In this document: positions 48,701 through 60,973 of the stretch, piece by piece | Layout: the number at the start of each line of letters is the position of its first letter | Numbering within the stretch: position 1 is the stretch's first letter | Assembly: GCA_001662655.1 (NCBI GenBank) | Contig: KV460252.1 | Origin: Pseudogymnoascus verrucosus | Taxonomy: Eukaryota | DNA length: 64,000 nucleotides | Reading direction: 5' to 3' (one strand) | Notes under the pieces: model-generated | What the model saw: only the letters and a program-made list of their open reading frames with translations | Database searches by the model: none | Told to the model about the DNA's origin: nothing | Position numbers and translations under genes: made by a program

Positions 48701-50507
48701 CTGTCTCCTAGCCCATCTCGCGCGCTTAGAGCGTAAGGGACCACAGCTCCCCGCTATCCGCGAGCCGCTTGAAGCGTCGCTCCGAGACATCATGGCGGAG
48801 ATTGTGCGGCGGACTCGCGAGTCGTCGCTGGATATCGCTAAAGGCGGCAGCGATGAAGCGTTTATGTTGTCGATTTTCGATCGCACTAGCTCCTCGTCTG
48901 ATACTGGTCCGGAGACGCCCGGTCCTGCAGACTCATATCCGCCAGGTGCTCATCTCTGGGGTATAGAGGTTTCGCAACTGGAAAGCCCAGTTAGCGTGAA
49001 TGATTTCCCACTGAAGTTCCCTGCCATGCCGGAGGTTGATGATGGGTATGACTCAGACTGGTCATCCAACGCCTCCGCCTCCGTCATAATGCGCGGCTCC
49101 CACTACTCCATCGGCCCCGGCATCGCTACTCCCACTAACCCCACAAACACAAACACCATCACCTCCCCGACGCTCCAACTCGACTCCCCCACACCCACAA
49201 AAGAAGAATGGACCGTCGTCCCCCCCCGCCACCCCCGCACCACCCTCCCCCGCGCAGACCTCCACCGCACCACCCGCGCCCTCGAAGCATCCCGCTACCA
49301 CGACACCACAGGCGCCTTCCGCGCCGCCGCCGACCCCCGCGTCTCCCTCTCCCACGAGACCGCCATGGGCGTCCTCGAGCGGCGCGGCCGGGGCGGTAAC
49401 CGCGGCGAGGGGGTAATGGGCATACCCATCCCCGGCGCGAAGGGGAATCTGCCTAGTGGGCTCAGCGCGGCGGAGGTGGCGTTGGGGGAGATTAGTAAGA
49501 GTTCCCCGCCGCCGAGTAGGGGAGGGGGACATATTCAGGATAGGGGGAGGAGAACGAGTAGTCAGAGGAGACCGAGTGAGATGCTGGGGGGGAAGAGTGC
49601 GGGGTGGCAGGGTGAGGCGGTCGCGGGGGATACGATTTTTGAAGCTGTTGGGAGTCCACTTTCGACTTCGACGTCCGGGTCAGGCACTGGATCGGGACAG
49701 AAGAGATCGAGGAGTAAACCCTCCCCGCGCCCGAGGCCAGCTACCCCGGCCGTGACGGCGCTAAGGGGTATCCCCTACGAACCCCGCCGTCCCACATCTT
49801 CCTCTTCCTCCTCCTCCGCCACCACAGGCGCCCCACCCCGACGAGAAGAAAACAACCTCTCCCCCCGCCCGCCAATACGCATGTACACCCAACCCTACCC
49901 CATCTCCACACCTGACTTCTCCGCCCCCCTCCCCCCCGCCAAATACCCCCGCCAAACAGGGCCTTTACCAATCGAATACGCACCCGCCCTCTCCACCGCC
50001 CCCGTCCTCAAAACCCCCGACGTCCGTCCACACGTCGCTAGCACCGTCAGCGCACCAACGCCGTACTTGTATCCCCACGCCCCAGCCCCCGCGATGGGCG
50101 GATCTCAACAAGGCGGCTCGGGATCGAGCTCAGGACAAGGACAGGGACGTGCGTATTTTCCCCTCCTCCCCACGAACCCGCAACGACCCCGCCGCGTGGG
50201 CGGATACAGTTCTCAACCTATGTCGCGCAACGTCTCAGGCTACAGTTCCGCGCCTATGAGTCGCGATGCCTCAGCGGGGTTGTCAGCGCAGTCGGGGAGC
50301 GGGAGTGGAGGGTCGAGAAGCGGTGGGTCTAGGAGGAGTGGGGGAAGTGATGGGGGGATGCCGATGGGGATGGCGAGGGGGAGGGGGGAGATGAGGAGAA
50401 GACCGAGTTTGGCGGAGACGGAACCGCCGCCTGAGTTGCCGAGGTTTAGTCCTGAGACGAGGGAGGGGGTTGATATGGGGTTTGGGGGGATGGGGAGGTT
50501 TAATTGA
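45792..50507 (+). CDS. Alpha/beta-hydrolase (SesB/PGAP1-like lipase) fused to NB-ARC, with a disordered C-terminus (NLR-like)
   Basis: Inferred exons 45792-45794, 45906-46286, 46351-46938, 46993-47047, 47340-48281 and 48331-50507 (about 1381 aa). Motifs DIVLVHGLNG, AHSLGG, FLGTPH, FVGREEEL, P-loop PGGGKT and Walker B WLLVLDG. Confidence 0.85.
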
Positions 50508-51084
50508 GCGGTTGGTGGGGGGATGAAGGTGAGTGGGTGATAGAGGGTGAGTGTCGAGGGTAGGCTGTCGAAGATGGATGAAGGACGAAGGACGACGGAG
50601 TATGGAAAAAGAGGAGGAAGAAATAGGAAAAAGAAAGAGGAGGAATTAATTTTGATTCGAAGTTGCATTTTGGACAGCATGGACAAAAAGATAAGGCGCG
50701 ATCTTGGGATTTGTATTTTTTTATGTCATCGGCATGGATATATATGTGTGTATGGGATCTGCATTTGGCGTTTTTCATGGGATTGGGATCTGGATGGGAT
50801 ATGATAAGGGGAGTGGGCATTGTTATGGTATCTTTAGAAAGGGAAAAATCTTGGATACGGCATGATAATGGCGTCTAAAGGTGATGGTGAGGAGGAGGAG
50901 GGGGTGTGAATAGTGGTGTAGATTAGACTGCTTGGCTGTGTAATCAGTATCAGTATAGATTATATCAATTAGATTGAAAACTTATGACGGAGAAAGTGGT
51001 GATGCCTTGTATGTAGCTTGATTCGTAGAATAAAATGTAAATGTTCTGCATAGCAGGACCTCCTACTCCACATCTTAGAGACAC

Positions 51085-53676
51085 CAGTGTTCGGCAGATC
51101 GTGATCCGGATCTGATCCGTAGCCCTCACGGGTCAGATCATGATCCGTCTAATATCTGACGGATATATCCGGATCAGATCCGGATCTCTTAAAAATGAGG
51201 CTTAAAAAGTGAGGCTTAAAATAGAATAGTATAATAATAGATCTAATTACTCCTCCCTTTCGTCATTAGCGTCTTCGGCTTCGCTCTCGTCAGTATCTAC
51301 TATATGACCCTAGTCTCGTAAGCAGAGTAAATATCGTAGTGTTTTAGGAGAGAGCCTATTCCTCTTCTTCGTTAGAATATTAGCTCCATTACTAAAGACC
51401 CGCTCTAACGGCGCTAATGTTACGGGAATTGCTAAGTAGTCTCGAGTAATTGTAGCAATAATTAGATACTAATACTGTTTTGCTGCCTAATATTTGAGAA
51501 TATCTGTTACTAGACCTAGCTAGGGCTTAACAAGCTAGCGCTTCCATTCTAGTTCTTAGTAGATACTATAAGAAATATATAAATCGTCGTTAGAGTTAGG
51601 TTCTATAGGTAATTGTAGTAAATTGGCTTTAGCATCCCTCTGCTCTTCTTTAAGGAAGTATTAGCAGTCTCTATACTAAATAAAAACGTCATGGAACTAC
51701 TGCTTTACTCTATTCCGTTTAACTTCTTTAGTATTACTTAGCTAAAGACTATTGAATACGTTAAGATTCATGCGCGGATTACAAATTGTAGCTACCCCTA
51801 AATGACTCTATTAATGATTTGTAGCAAGCGTATAATACTCATTAAGCTTCTTAAAAGCAGCGATATAAGCTAGACTAATTGTTAATGATATACTAACCTC
51901 ATTCTATAGAGCCTTAAGCTTCTTTATCATCTTTAGATACTAAGGAATTGTAAAGTTAAGCGTTAAGTATACACTTGCTTAAAGCTTCTACGACGGCTTA
52001 ACGAATATGTAGAAGAAGTTCTAAAGAGCGTAAAGTGTTATCTAATCCTCTAGTATAAGAGTAATATTTCTTATACTTAGATCCATTTGCTAAGTAGCAC
52101 AGATTGCTATAATTAGGGTCTATAGCTTAATAACAGCTAAAACCATTTCGTACGTTAAGTTCTACTAGACTAGCATATTAAGTGATAATTATAGCTTCTT
52201 TAGACTAGCAGTAATAGTCTACTTTTAAAGAGCATCTTTCTATTACCTTCAATTCCTAAATACATAGATATGCCTTTATAGCTTACTAAGGGTATTCTTA
52301 ACTTTGATATTGCTTTTAGACGAGCTTGTTAGAATCTACGTAGCTCCTTACTCATACTAATAACTTTTAGCTTGCTTAGTAGGAGCAGCTTTTAAAGTCT
52401 TAAGAGCATCTTAAATAGTAATATTAATGATATAGGCTATACATTATACGTCTCCTTCCTTAACTTTAAACGTCTATGGCTGTTATGTCATCACTTCCTA
52501 GTCTTTAGCTATTTTCTCGTATTCCGTAAGCATAACAGTATTAGCTAAAGCGTTGTCTCTTATATAGGTAAAGATAGCTCCTATAATACCTATATCATCT
52601 ATTACAAGTGCTAATTATTAAGCTAGATATTCGCTACTATAGATAGGCTCTTAAAGATGTATAACGTTAAGTACTTTAGACTTCTGTTGCCATTTATCGT
52701 TAATCTAGTGTGCTGTAATAGTAGCGTAGTCTATATAATTCCGTATAGACTATGCATCTATTGTTATTAATATCTAGCCTCCTCTCCTAATATAAGAATT
52801 AAGCTCGAGTTATAGCTAGCCTTAGTAGTATGAGAACTAACGCTAAAGTTCTTAGTGTAGCGTACGAGCTGATATTAATATAGTTGTTAGGCTTAAGAAT
52901 TAAACTAATTTATAGAATAAATGGCTTTTAATAAGGCGTATCAATAGATTATTTAACACAATGAACTATAGTAATAACTCCTTATATTTCGAAGGATTAC
53001 TAGACTGCTTTGATATAGCTAATAGGTGTAGGCTAAAGAACGATGATGTACTGCTTAACGTACTAGACGACTGTCTATTCTCATTTTTAAGGGCGTATGA
53101 TACTGCTAGATGCTTTAAAGAGTAATGCCTCTATAAATTACCTGTTGACGACTGCTTTAGCCCTTGTAGCGCTATTGAAAATCTGCAGTCTAGCTATAGG
53201 CATACCATCTTTATAGTTAGCGGCTGAGTATTAAGTGGTTCCCGACGATATAAGCCCTTTGTAAATAGCTTTAAAGTCGTTAGTGGTAATATAACCCTTA
53301 GACCTTAAAGTATATTACTTAGTGATCCATTAACTACTTCGACTAATGGCAGAATAGGGGTAGATTGAGGTATAAGATGTGGTAACGACAGCTCTTCTAT
53401 TTGAGAATAGCTCTCATGATCTAACGGTAAATCTAATAACTTAGAGTCGCTCATTATTACAGCGGTAATCGTCACAATATAGTAATTAGACTGCTATTAT
53501 AGATTCAATTATACTACGTCTACTGTGGCCTTAGCATCCTTAGCATCCTTGGCAATATCCGTATGATCCGGATCATGATCCGGATCTCACGGATATGCCA
53601 AAATTATGACGGATAGGATAGATCCGGATCATGATCCGGATCGGGTCGGGTCATCTACGATCTGTGCCGAACACTG
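51085..53676 (-). mobile_element. Full-length, RIP-inactivated hAT DNA transposon
   Basis: TIRs CAGTGTTCGGCA...TGCCGAACACTG. 8-bp TSD AGAGACAC at 51077-51084 and 53677-53684. Subterminal GATCCG arrays. Minus-strand hAT dimerization remnant YLAIPVTLAPLERVFSNGANILTKKRNRLSP, with many TAA/TAG stops. Confidence 0.95.
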
Positions 53677-54797
53677 AGAGACACAGTGCCATTGTGTTTC
53701 AGGTTCATTTGTTGATTGTTTGATAAGCCTCTGCGACATTTAGAAGACAGCCTCAAAATATATAGCAAAAGAATGAGCTTTCCCACAAGACCGGGTTATT
53801 ACGTCTGATCATAGAGCAGAAATGCTCACTCATCAAACATAGAGGCCGGCATGTCGCGTCGAGACACCAGTCTGCGACGGGTGGCTAGCTGTGGTGACAG
53901 AGATAAAGAAGATTCTCTGTGCTCAGAAGTCGATGGACCACCAAGTAACGGCGTGGATTTTTCCGCTTCTGGGGCTGTTGAACTTCTAGACCAGGTTGAG
54001 GACAATCCACTTGATGGTTCATTGTCGAAAGTGCCATCTTCTGCGACTTTGGCGAAGTCGCACTGTGGATTGTTCATTCTCTGGCACCTTTGACACCAAC
54101 CGCGTACAGCCATAAAGGTGAACCATGGTGACTGATGATCAAATCCAGGTCGACGGATGCATGCATGTAGAGTGATAAAGAGATTAAAGAGGAGAAATGT
54201 AGACGAAATTGAGGCCTACCTCAGGCGCACCTTGGGCACACTTGAGACTTACTGTCAGAAGACATAGACGCGTTAAGATCTGGCCAAAAGAAATAGTTGT
54301 AGTCGGTGGATAATGCTAGGAATGCGAGCTCGCTAATGTGAAATGCGTGCCAGAGCAGGCGGAACGCGCTGGTATTTCCAGATGCGTGTTCTCCAGTGCT
54401 CACCTATATGCGCTCACATTCTTATGTAACCCGAGGGGAACTGAAATGACCAAGTCAGGATGATCTCAGGAGGGCAGCACAGATTTCTGAGTTTTATTGA
54501 TTAATGAAGCTGATAATTATGCTGAAGTTGATCCAGAAGGTTAAATTGGACCCTGCCAAGTGCGGACCATGCCGATCGATTGATCGAACTAACCCGCAAG
54601 TTCAACTGAGTCCGCTACCCCTCTCCAACCTTAATTCGACGATTCTCCACTACATAGCCCACAATAACTGTCAGTTCTGACCCTTAGGTCTAACAAGTCT
54701 TTCGCCGGGATTCCAGAGTCCAGAGAACCTCGAACAACCCCATGACAGAAGGGAGAGTTGAGTTGTCATAGATCAGCGAATGAAGGGGGAGTGGTGC

Positions 54798-55035
54798 TGT
54801 AAAGGATCTACAATAAACAGGGCAGTATGAAGTCACGTTCTTAGTTATACGCGTATAGTATAGATCCTATACACTACGAAGACTAAACGCTGTCCCTCCT
54901 CTAGAGGTCTACGTTCCTACTATATACTCTACGCTAGGGCTTTAGAAGGAAGTTCCTTGTTACAGCCCTTAGGGAAACTATAGACCGTGTAGGGTTCCGG
55001 TATTAGTACAGGGGTTGTAGAAACCTGCCGTAACA
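54798..55035. mobile_element. Possible RIPed solo LTR
   Basis: TGT...ACA ends enclosing about 240 bp of TpA-rich sequence. No matching TSD was found. Confidence 0.3.
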
Positions 55036-55231
55036 CTCACTTGCTTGTGAAATACGTTAATCACTTTGTTAATTTAGTAAGTTAGACCTTTTATCTATTA
55101 AAAGATGTACGTTAAAGACAGTAAGAATATAAACCCGCTAACGGCTGGCCGAGCTAAAACTCTAGCAGAGAACTCCATACAACAACCGAAAGCTCTCGTC
55201 GCCGTCCTGCCCTCTTCGCATCGTTACCCTA

Positions 55232-55798
55232 TCAACAGTGGTGCTGGGGAGAATTTTCAGCATTGCCACAGAAATTAAGGCCGTTGTACCAGTTCATGTA
55301 CCCATAATCCATATCCTTAAACCCATCGACACGCCAGGTTCCGGCAATGTAATAACCGCAGGCCGCCGTAACCTGCCGAGCGCCGATAACAACACTGCCC
55401 GAGAACACTTGTGCTGGAAATGAATCTCGATTGCACAAAAAGGCAACGGAACTGCCCACAACAGAATAGAAGGCCACCCCGCCATTGATAATTGGCCCAT
55501 TGTTAAGATGTTTGGAAAGAGCGTTATTTGCCGCATCACAGCTTCCGTGGTCCATTCCAAAACCACATCCACACCAAGCTTGGCCGCGCTTTGCAAGCCA
55601 AGTTCCCTCAGAAAGAGCATCGTGCGGCATAGGTTCCCTAGGCGAGATGTCTATGGCGCCAGCTGGAATCAGCTCGTGGACTTCATTGCCAGATTCGTTA
55701 ATGTAAGCACGGTAGACTCCGTCTGTCGCTCCCTGCGGGATTTCGAATGAGGAGGCAATGGCCATCAGGCCGAGGATGAGGAGAGGTTTTGCAAGCAT
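55232..55798 (-). CDS. Small secreted Cys-rich protein with propeptide (effector/toxin candidate)
   Basis: 188 aa, intronless. Signal peptide MLAKPLLILGLMAIASS, Kex2-type LAKR site, and 7 Cys all after KR. Confidence 0.8.
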   Translation of the reverse strand: MLAKPLLILGLMAIASSFEIPQGATDGVYRAYINESGNEVHELIPAGAIDISPREPMPHDALSEGTWLAKRGQAWCGCGFGMDHGSCDAANNALSKHLNNGPIINGGVAFYSVVGSSVAFLCNRDSFPAQVFSGSVVIGARQVTAACGYYIAGTWRVDGFKDMDYGYMNWYNGLNFCGNAENSPQHHC

Positions 55799-57332
55799 TT
55801 TAGGAAGTGTACAGAAATTTCCGGCTTAATAAGATGATTAGACTCAGTAATGAAGAGTGATGAAGTGTTAATAGCAAGAGGGCCAAGAGGAGGTGGAGAG
55901 GAGGCTTATATACTTAAGCAGAATGAAAAGCTGGTCTAAAACATACACGATTTCTCCTCGGGTATCTATCTATAGAATGAGGGAAGCACCTGAGTCCTAC
56001 CTCTTAGTAGTTATCATTATGTAAATCCTATAGGACTTAGAGTATAACTGGTTCTTGCCTTAGAATTATACAAGGTCTATTGCTATAACTAGAGGGTTAT
56101 TAGTACAATTTAGAACTTACATTTACACGATACCATTTCTGGAGTGCTGACGGTTGCAACCGATATAGTAGCTGCATAGTGGCATTTAACCGCATCATCA
56201 ACCTCGTATAGGGAGCTAAGTTCTAATATGTCACTTATATTATTAAACTCGTATAGACACCTAGCTCATATGAAAGCTGTCTCTCTAACATAATAGATTT
56301 GTATTATACCTTGCATCTGCATATTAGATTCGGATAGACATTTGCGTTCTGGTATGACAAATTCCTGAGGTTATACGTCACCTATATTATCAGACTTGTA
56401 TGGAAACTTGAGTGGAATCGTTATGGGTGGGCATTGCCGGAGGATCACCGAGAGCGGGTCAGACCATGTCGCTGGTAATTAATTAGATGGCTCGTGCAAA
56501 CGTACTCTCTGCAAATCGGCTGAATGATTAGCAGTAAAAGAGACAACTTGGTTGGCTAAGCTCAGTTGCCCTAGGGGTTCAATTCATGACAACAGCCCTT
56601 AGGTGCTTTTCGCACGAGATCTGGTCCGTAACTAGGATTCTCGTAAGATATAGATAGGCCTTCAGACGATTATAACAGTCTTTAGAAAATTCTAGTGCGA
56701 GTTTGTAGGTACAGAGATGATGAAAACTTAAATGTAGCCTTTGCAACTTAATTATCTGTCTGAATTTTTAGGAATGGGGGGTCGAATCAGAACATGCCTT
56801 TAAAAATACTAGAAGGCTGCTAGAAGGAACTTGTAATTAGCGGGACGTCCCGAAACGCTGGCCTAATCGGGAAGTTAGCAGATCTTGAGTGTCCGGTTAA
56901 TCGGCAAGGTGTTCTAGAGCGGCGGTAGAGGGTATAATCCGTTTCATCCCGTTACTTTGCTAAAATGTTCATGGATTGCAAGGATAAGTCTAGGAGAAGG
57001 TGGGTTTAGCAAACACTTAGTAGACATCTGGTGAGGGATAATCGTGACTATCTAGTAGACTATCTGTAGGGGATAATCGGGACCATCTAATGGACCATCC
57101 GGTGGATCATCTGGTGAGGGGATGATCGCGACCATCCCTATAGGTAATAGCTAAAGTGCTCCACTTTTTAAGGGATAGGGACCACCTAGGAAGGGCAACC
57201 TTCTTTTGAATTATAACTACGAGTGAATGACGCTGAGCAGCTTTCATTGCTGTACCATTTTTACCACTTTGCTTACTCTACTCAGTCCGTTCTATATTTG
57301 CACTAGCTCTCTACCTATTAATTAAAGCAGCA

Positions 57333-57725
57333 TTAAACGCCTATCTCTATAACCTCCATTTGCCACTCATTCAAAGTTTTAAGGAAAGACTGTGTGTTAG
57401 GATGATAACGGCTAAGGACGGGTTCTCGCAGCTGAAACCATGTCTCTATTAGTGAGATAGCCTCCTTATTGCGACTTTAGGACTTTAGCGTTAACGCAAG
57501 GTTACCCATGGCCATCAGCGTGTCTAGTGTTTATGTCTAAGCACTCTCTGTCTCGTCTCCATTACTCGCACTTCCATATCCTCAGCCTCCTTCCACTGCC
57601 CTTAACTCCATAAAGTGGAGGCCAGGCTGGCCATGCTAGTGAGCGTGTTGGGGTGCGCTACCCCAAGCATCTTCTCTATTGCTTCTAGAGCTCGCTGGTG
57701 TATTGCTTCCGCCTCTTTGTACAAT
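57333..57725 (-). pseudogene. Remnant of kinesin-light-chain-type TPR repeats (probable NLR C-terminus)
   Basis: Reads YKEAEAIHQRALEAIEKMLGVAHPNTLTSMASLASTLWS*GQWKEAEDMEVRVMETRQRVL..DTLMAMGNLALTLKS*...HPNTQSFLKTLNEW, with in-frame TAA stops and a frameshift. Confidence 0.85.
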
Positions 57726-57754
57726 AAAAGACTTTAACCCCCAGTATTCATCTT

Positions 57755-57853
57755 ATCCTTCGATCCTTCGATCCTTCGATCCTTCGATCCTTTGATCCTT
57801 CGATCCTTTGATCCGTCGATCCTTTGATCCGTCGATCCGTCGATCCTTCGATC
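57755..57853. repeat. 8-bp tandem repeat (GATCCTTC)n, about 12 copies
   Basis: Directly visible, with variants GATCCTTT and GATCCGTC. Confidence 0.92.
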
Positions 57854-58099
57854 GTTTGCGACTTGGTTAATCGAATAAATCCCTCATAACAAAGTAGCTA
57901 GCATCTGTGCCGCGGAATTACATATCAAGAGGTTTAGGTGGAGACTAAGCCGTCTAATTGCCGGCGCGGCTGATATTATAGTATGAATGCACTATCAGCT
58001 ATTACTATAAAAGACAGATCATCCCCCCTAGAAGATAGGGTTACTCATCTTGTCTTCCCTCTCTTTTATTTAAACTCTATTTTCTACCAACGAAATATA

Positions 58100-58990
58100 C
58101 GTTACTAGTTCAACTAGGCTTGCCTTCAGTATTTTGGCTGCAACGCTTCCTACTACGACACATTTCTTCTGTGAACATCTGTGCATTAGAGCATCTCTAA
58201 TCGGTATGCCGTCCATTTGGTAAATCGGAAGAGGAAATGGTCTACTGTCTCTCTCGTCTGCCCGCACGCATATCGGTCCGATTCTACCACGCCACTACGG
58301 TGGAGATACCCATTAAGCCGTGCCATGCCTGTTTAGAGCTGGGCTAATACGCCGGCTACTTTCCGTGTCAGTCGATCGTACAGTTGTCGAGTGTGTTTAC
58401 CTGGGGGTGCTGTGTTAACTCTTTTAGAGTGTCTTTCGATGTTCTCTAGTAGTGCCGTGGTTGTTTCTCATTTAGCTCTTGCAATCCTGAGGGTTGTTGA
58501 CCACATATAAGGTAGTTGCATCTGTGGCGTCGCTCATTGTCGGGTTACTGCCTTTGCTCTCTCTTTGGCTAGCTTCAGGAGTCCGCTCTCCTCACATGAT
58601 GGGAGCCACACGACTCTCATTGTGTTTCCTTCTCGCCGCAGCGCTCTAATGGTCTCGTAGAAACGACGGACCTGCTCTTGGTCAGATTGTTGCTAGGGCT
58701 GTCTAATTGTGAGCGCGGCTGACTTGCTCCTCGTCAGCAATACGATGTTGTTGTATCTGAGCCTCGGTAGCCGACTCAAGGCAGTCGCCATTGCTAACAG
58801 CTCTCCCGAGTACGGGTTCTGGTCAGTCCTTGTGCCAAGTGTAGAGGAGGAGGTCTCTGCAGGTAGGACGCTTTTTAGAGACGCCTGGATCTCAATTGCT
58901 CCGCCTATTCCGACTACTCCATTCTGTGCTGAACTAATACTGACCGCGATGCGGACACTTGCACCTCCGTGGGCTAGTTCTCCTCACGGC
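58100..58990 (-). mobile_element. 5'-truncated Tad1-like LINE remnant (RNase H-like and C-terminal Zn-binding region of ORF2)
   Basis: Reads VRIAVSISSAQNGVVGIGGAI...TLGTRTDQNPYSGELLAMA...RVVWLPS...PGKHTRQLYDRL...VLAQL*TGMARLNGYL...ACGQTRETVDHFLFR, with several stops. Confidence 0.85.
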
Positions 58991-60518
58991 TGCTGAACGA
59001 TGAGTCGCCTGAACGTAGCCGAAAGATCAACCTTGTGTCAGAGTATCATCAGGTTCTAAACCCCAATGCCAGGCTACATTAGCAGGGCCATCCTATTATT
59101 TTTGATGCCGTTTGAATATAGTAATGAGTCATCGCCCAGCCGCTGTGGGCTATGCAATATTTCAAGAACTAAATACCTAGCCGGTCAGAAGAATAAGTGA
59201 TGTATACGGGCTTCCCCACGTTTTCGTAGGTGTGATAACCTGTCAGCTGGAATTATAAACCGAAATATCATATCCTAGCAATTTCTGTCGATCCTGTCAG
59301 CACGGAACAATAGAGTGCGACTTCGTCGTTGATCCCAGGCAGCATGTGACATGCTTGAGTGTCCTATCCTTGAATTATCCGTCTTAAACCAGTGATTTCC
59401 AGGCATTGTGCGGGGATGCCAAGCTGCGCCACGCCAAGCCATTGATCGACGCCAGTGAAACCATAATAGGATATTAGGTTTGACCTGCGATAATCCCTGG
59501 TCTGTGCGGCTGGATATCAACGTCATGCGAAACTGCTATTTTACCAAAAATAGTACTATTTGGACCTGAGAGAAGCCATATGACGGGGAAGCCTAGCTAC
59601 TCGCTTTTTATACTAGGCTCTCTTGAAATGGGACCCTTGTTAGTGGCTGCGGGGCATCTACCCGTGCTGACAGTGTATTGTTAAGGTGCCGTTAATGAGG
59701 GGTTCGGGACTGTACTCATGGGTTTACTGCTTGAGAGTGAGTCGGCTGCTAGTGGCGCTTATCAAGTCCAGCATTGCAACAAGAATCACCTTACCAGAAA
59801 GCTAATTATAAGTGAGCGAAGTTTTCTATATCTACGTTGTAGCTGTTTCATAATTGCCAGTGCGTTAAGAGTCTCTGTTATCATTCCGTCTTTGCCGTTT
59901 TTAGTCATATACAATGCTTCTAATGATACGGTGCACAGCCAGCTTAATTTACTTTTCTGTGCATTCTCATCCAATATGCTTCTCTCATTCTTCCGTTCCT
60001 GAGGTGGGGCTGACCTGCCAAGGTCATTTTCGTTGATCAACTTATAGTTTGAGGTACGAGATCAACATTAGTGACAACTTCATGTTCCAGCTCGTCGATC
60101 ACTTCCATAATTATGACGCCTCTAAGGCATATTTTCTATATGTTACTTCGAATCTGCCTCGGACCAGACTACAATGCTGGAATAGCTTCATGGGGCTGTG
60201 GTATCTCTCGAGAATGAGGACTCTCTGGCCTATCGAACTAATCTTTCTGTTGTCATGATGCCTTCATAGCTGGCTTTGAGGCAGTGACGCCCTCGCAAAT
60301 AGGTACCTAATGGGCTCGAGGTATCCGAGATGTGAGACTCTCGAGGACGTTAAAGGGGCATCAAAGGGGGCTCAAAAGTCTATAAGAAGGGCGGCTTTTC
60401 CCTCCCAAGATCATCATCGCAACGACACAGCATCCAAAGCATCACTGCCTACAAAGACCAACAAAATCCAATTTATACACTTTCCGAGTCTACTTAATCT
60501 ACTCCTATATCAATCAAC

Positions 60519-60973
60519 ATGAAGTTCTCTACTATTCCCGTTCTCCTCGCCCTCGTCTTCGCCGTCCAGGCTGAGGTCAACTCTTGGTACGTCAGCTCCA
60601 AGGACATCACTTGCACCGGCGACGCAACCGGCCAAATCAACTGTATCCCCGGCCACACCGAGGGCGTCGAAGAGGTAACTTCCCCTTCTCACCAAAAACC
60701 AAACAGACCATCTAACCTACTCATTAGGTCCACCTTGACCACCCTACCACTCGCAACGTCGCCATCCGCGGCCGCGAAGTCGAAGTGCCAGGCCTGCAGA
60801 AGCGTGTCACTTGCAACATCGACGGTGTGACCCAGGGCCTTGCGTGCTTCACACACTGCTTCGCCATCGGCTACTGCAACTCCCACTGTGACTCTAACAA
60901 CATCTGCCGCTGCACGTGCAAGGACGAGACTCAATGGTGGAACCCAATTGTCTGCAGCAAGACCAGCTGCTAA
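60519..60973 (+). CDS. Secreted CS-alpha-beta defensin-like prepropeptide (133 aa)
   Basis: Intron 60675-60727. Signal peptide, then propeptide ending LQKR, then mature VTCNIDGVTQGLACFTHCFAIGYCNSHCDSNNICRCTCKDETQWWNPIVCSKTSC with CxxxC and CxC motifs. Confidence 0.85.

Noticed and set aside
53826..54403. Minus-strand fragments with CPRC and CQRC motifs
   Set aside because: They are interrupted by a stop and have no clear splice acceptor. They may be a decayed gene but cannot be supported.
57020..57150. Degenerate GGGATAATCG/CATCTGGTGAGGG repeats
   Set aside because: They are too short and degenerate to assign, and are probably TE debris.
57755..57853. Tandem repeats considered as a CRISPR array or telomere
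   Set aside because: There are no spacers, the context is eukaryotic and the unit is not TTAGGG.
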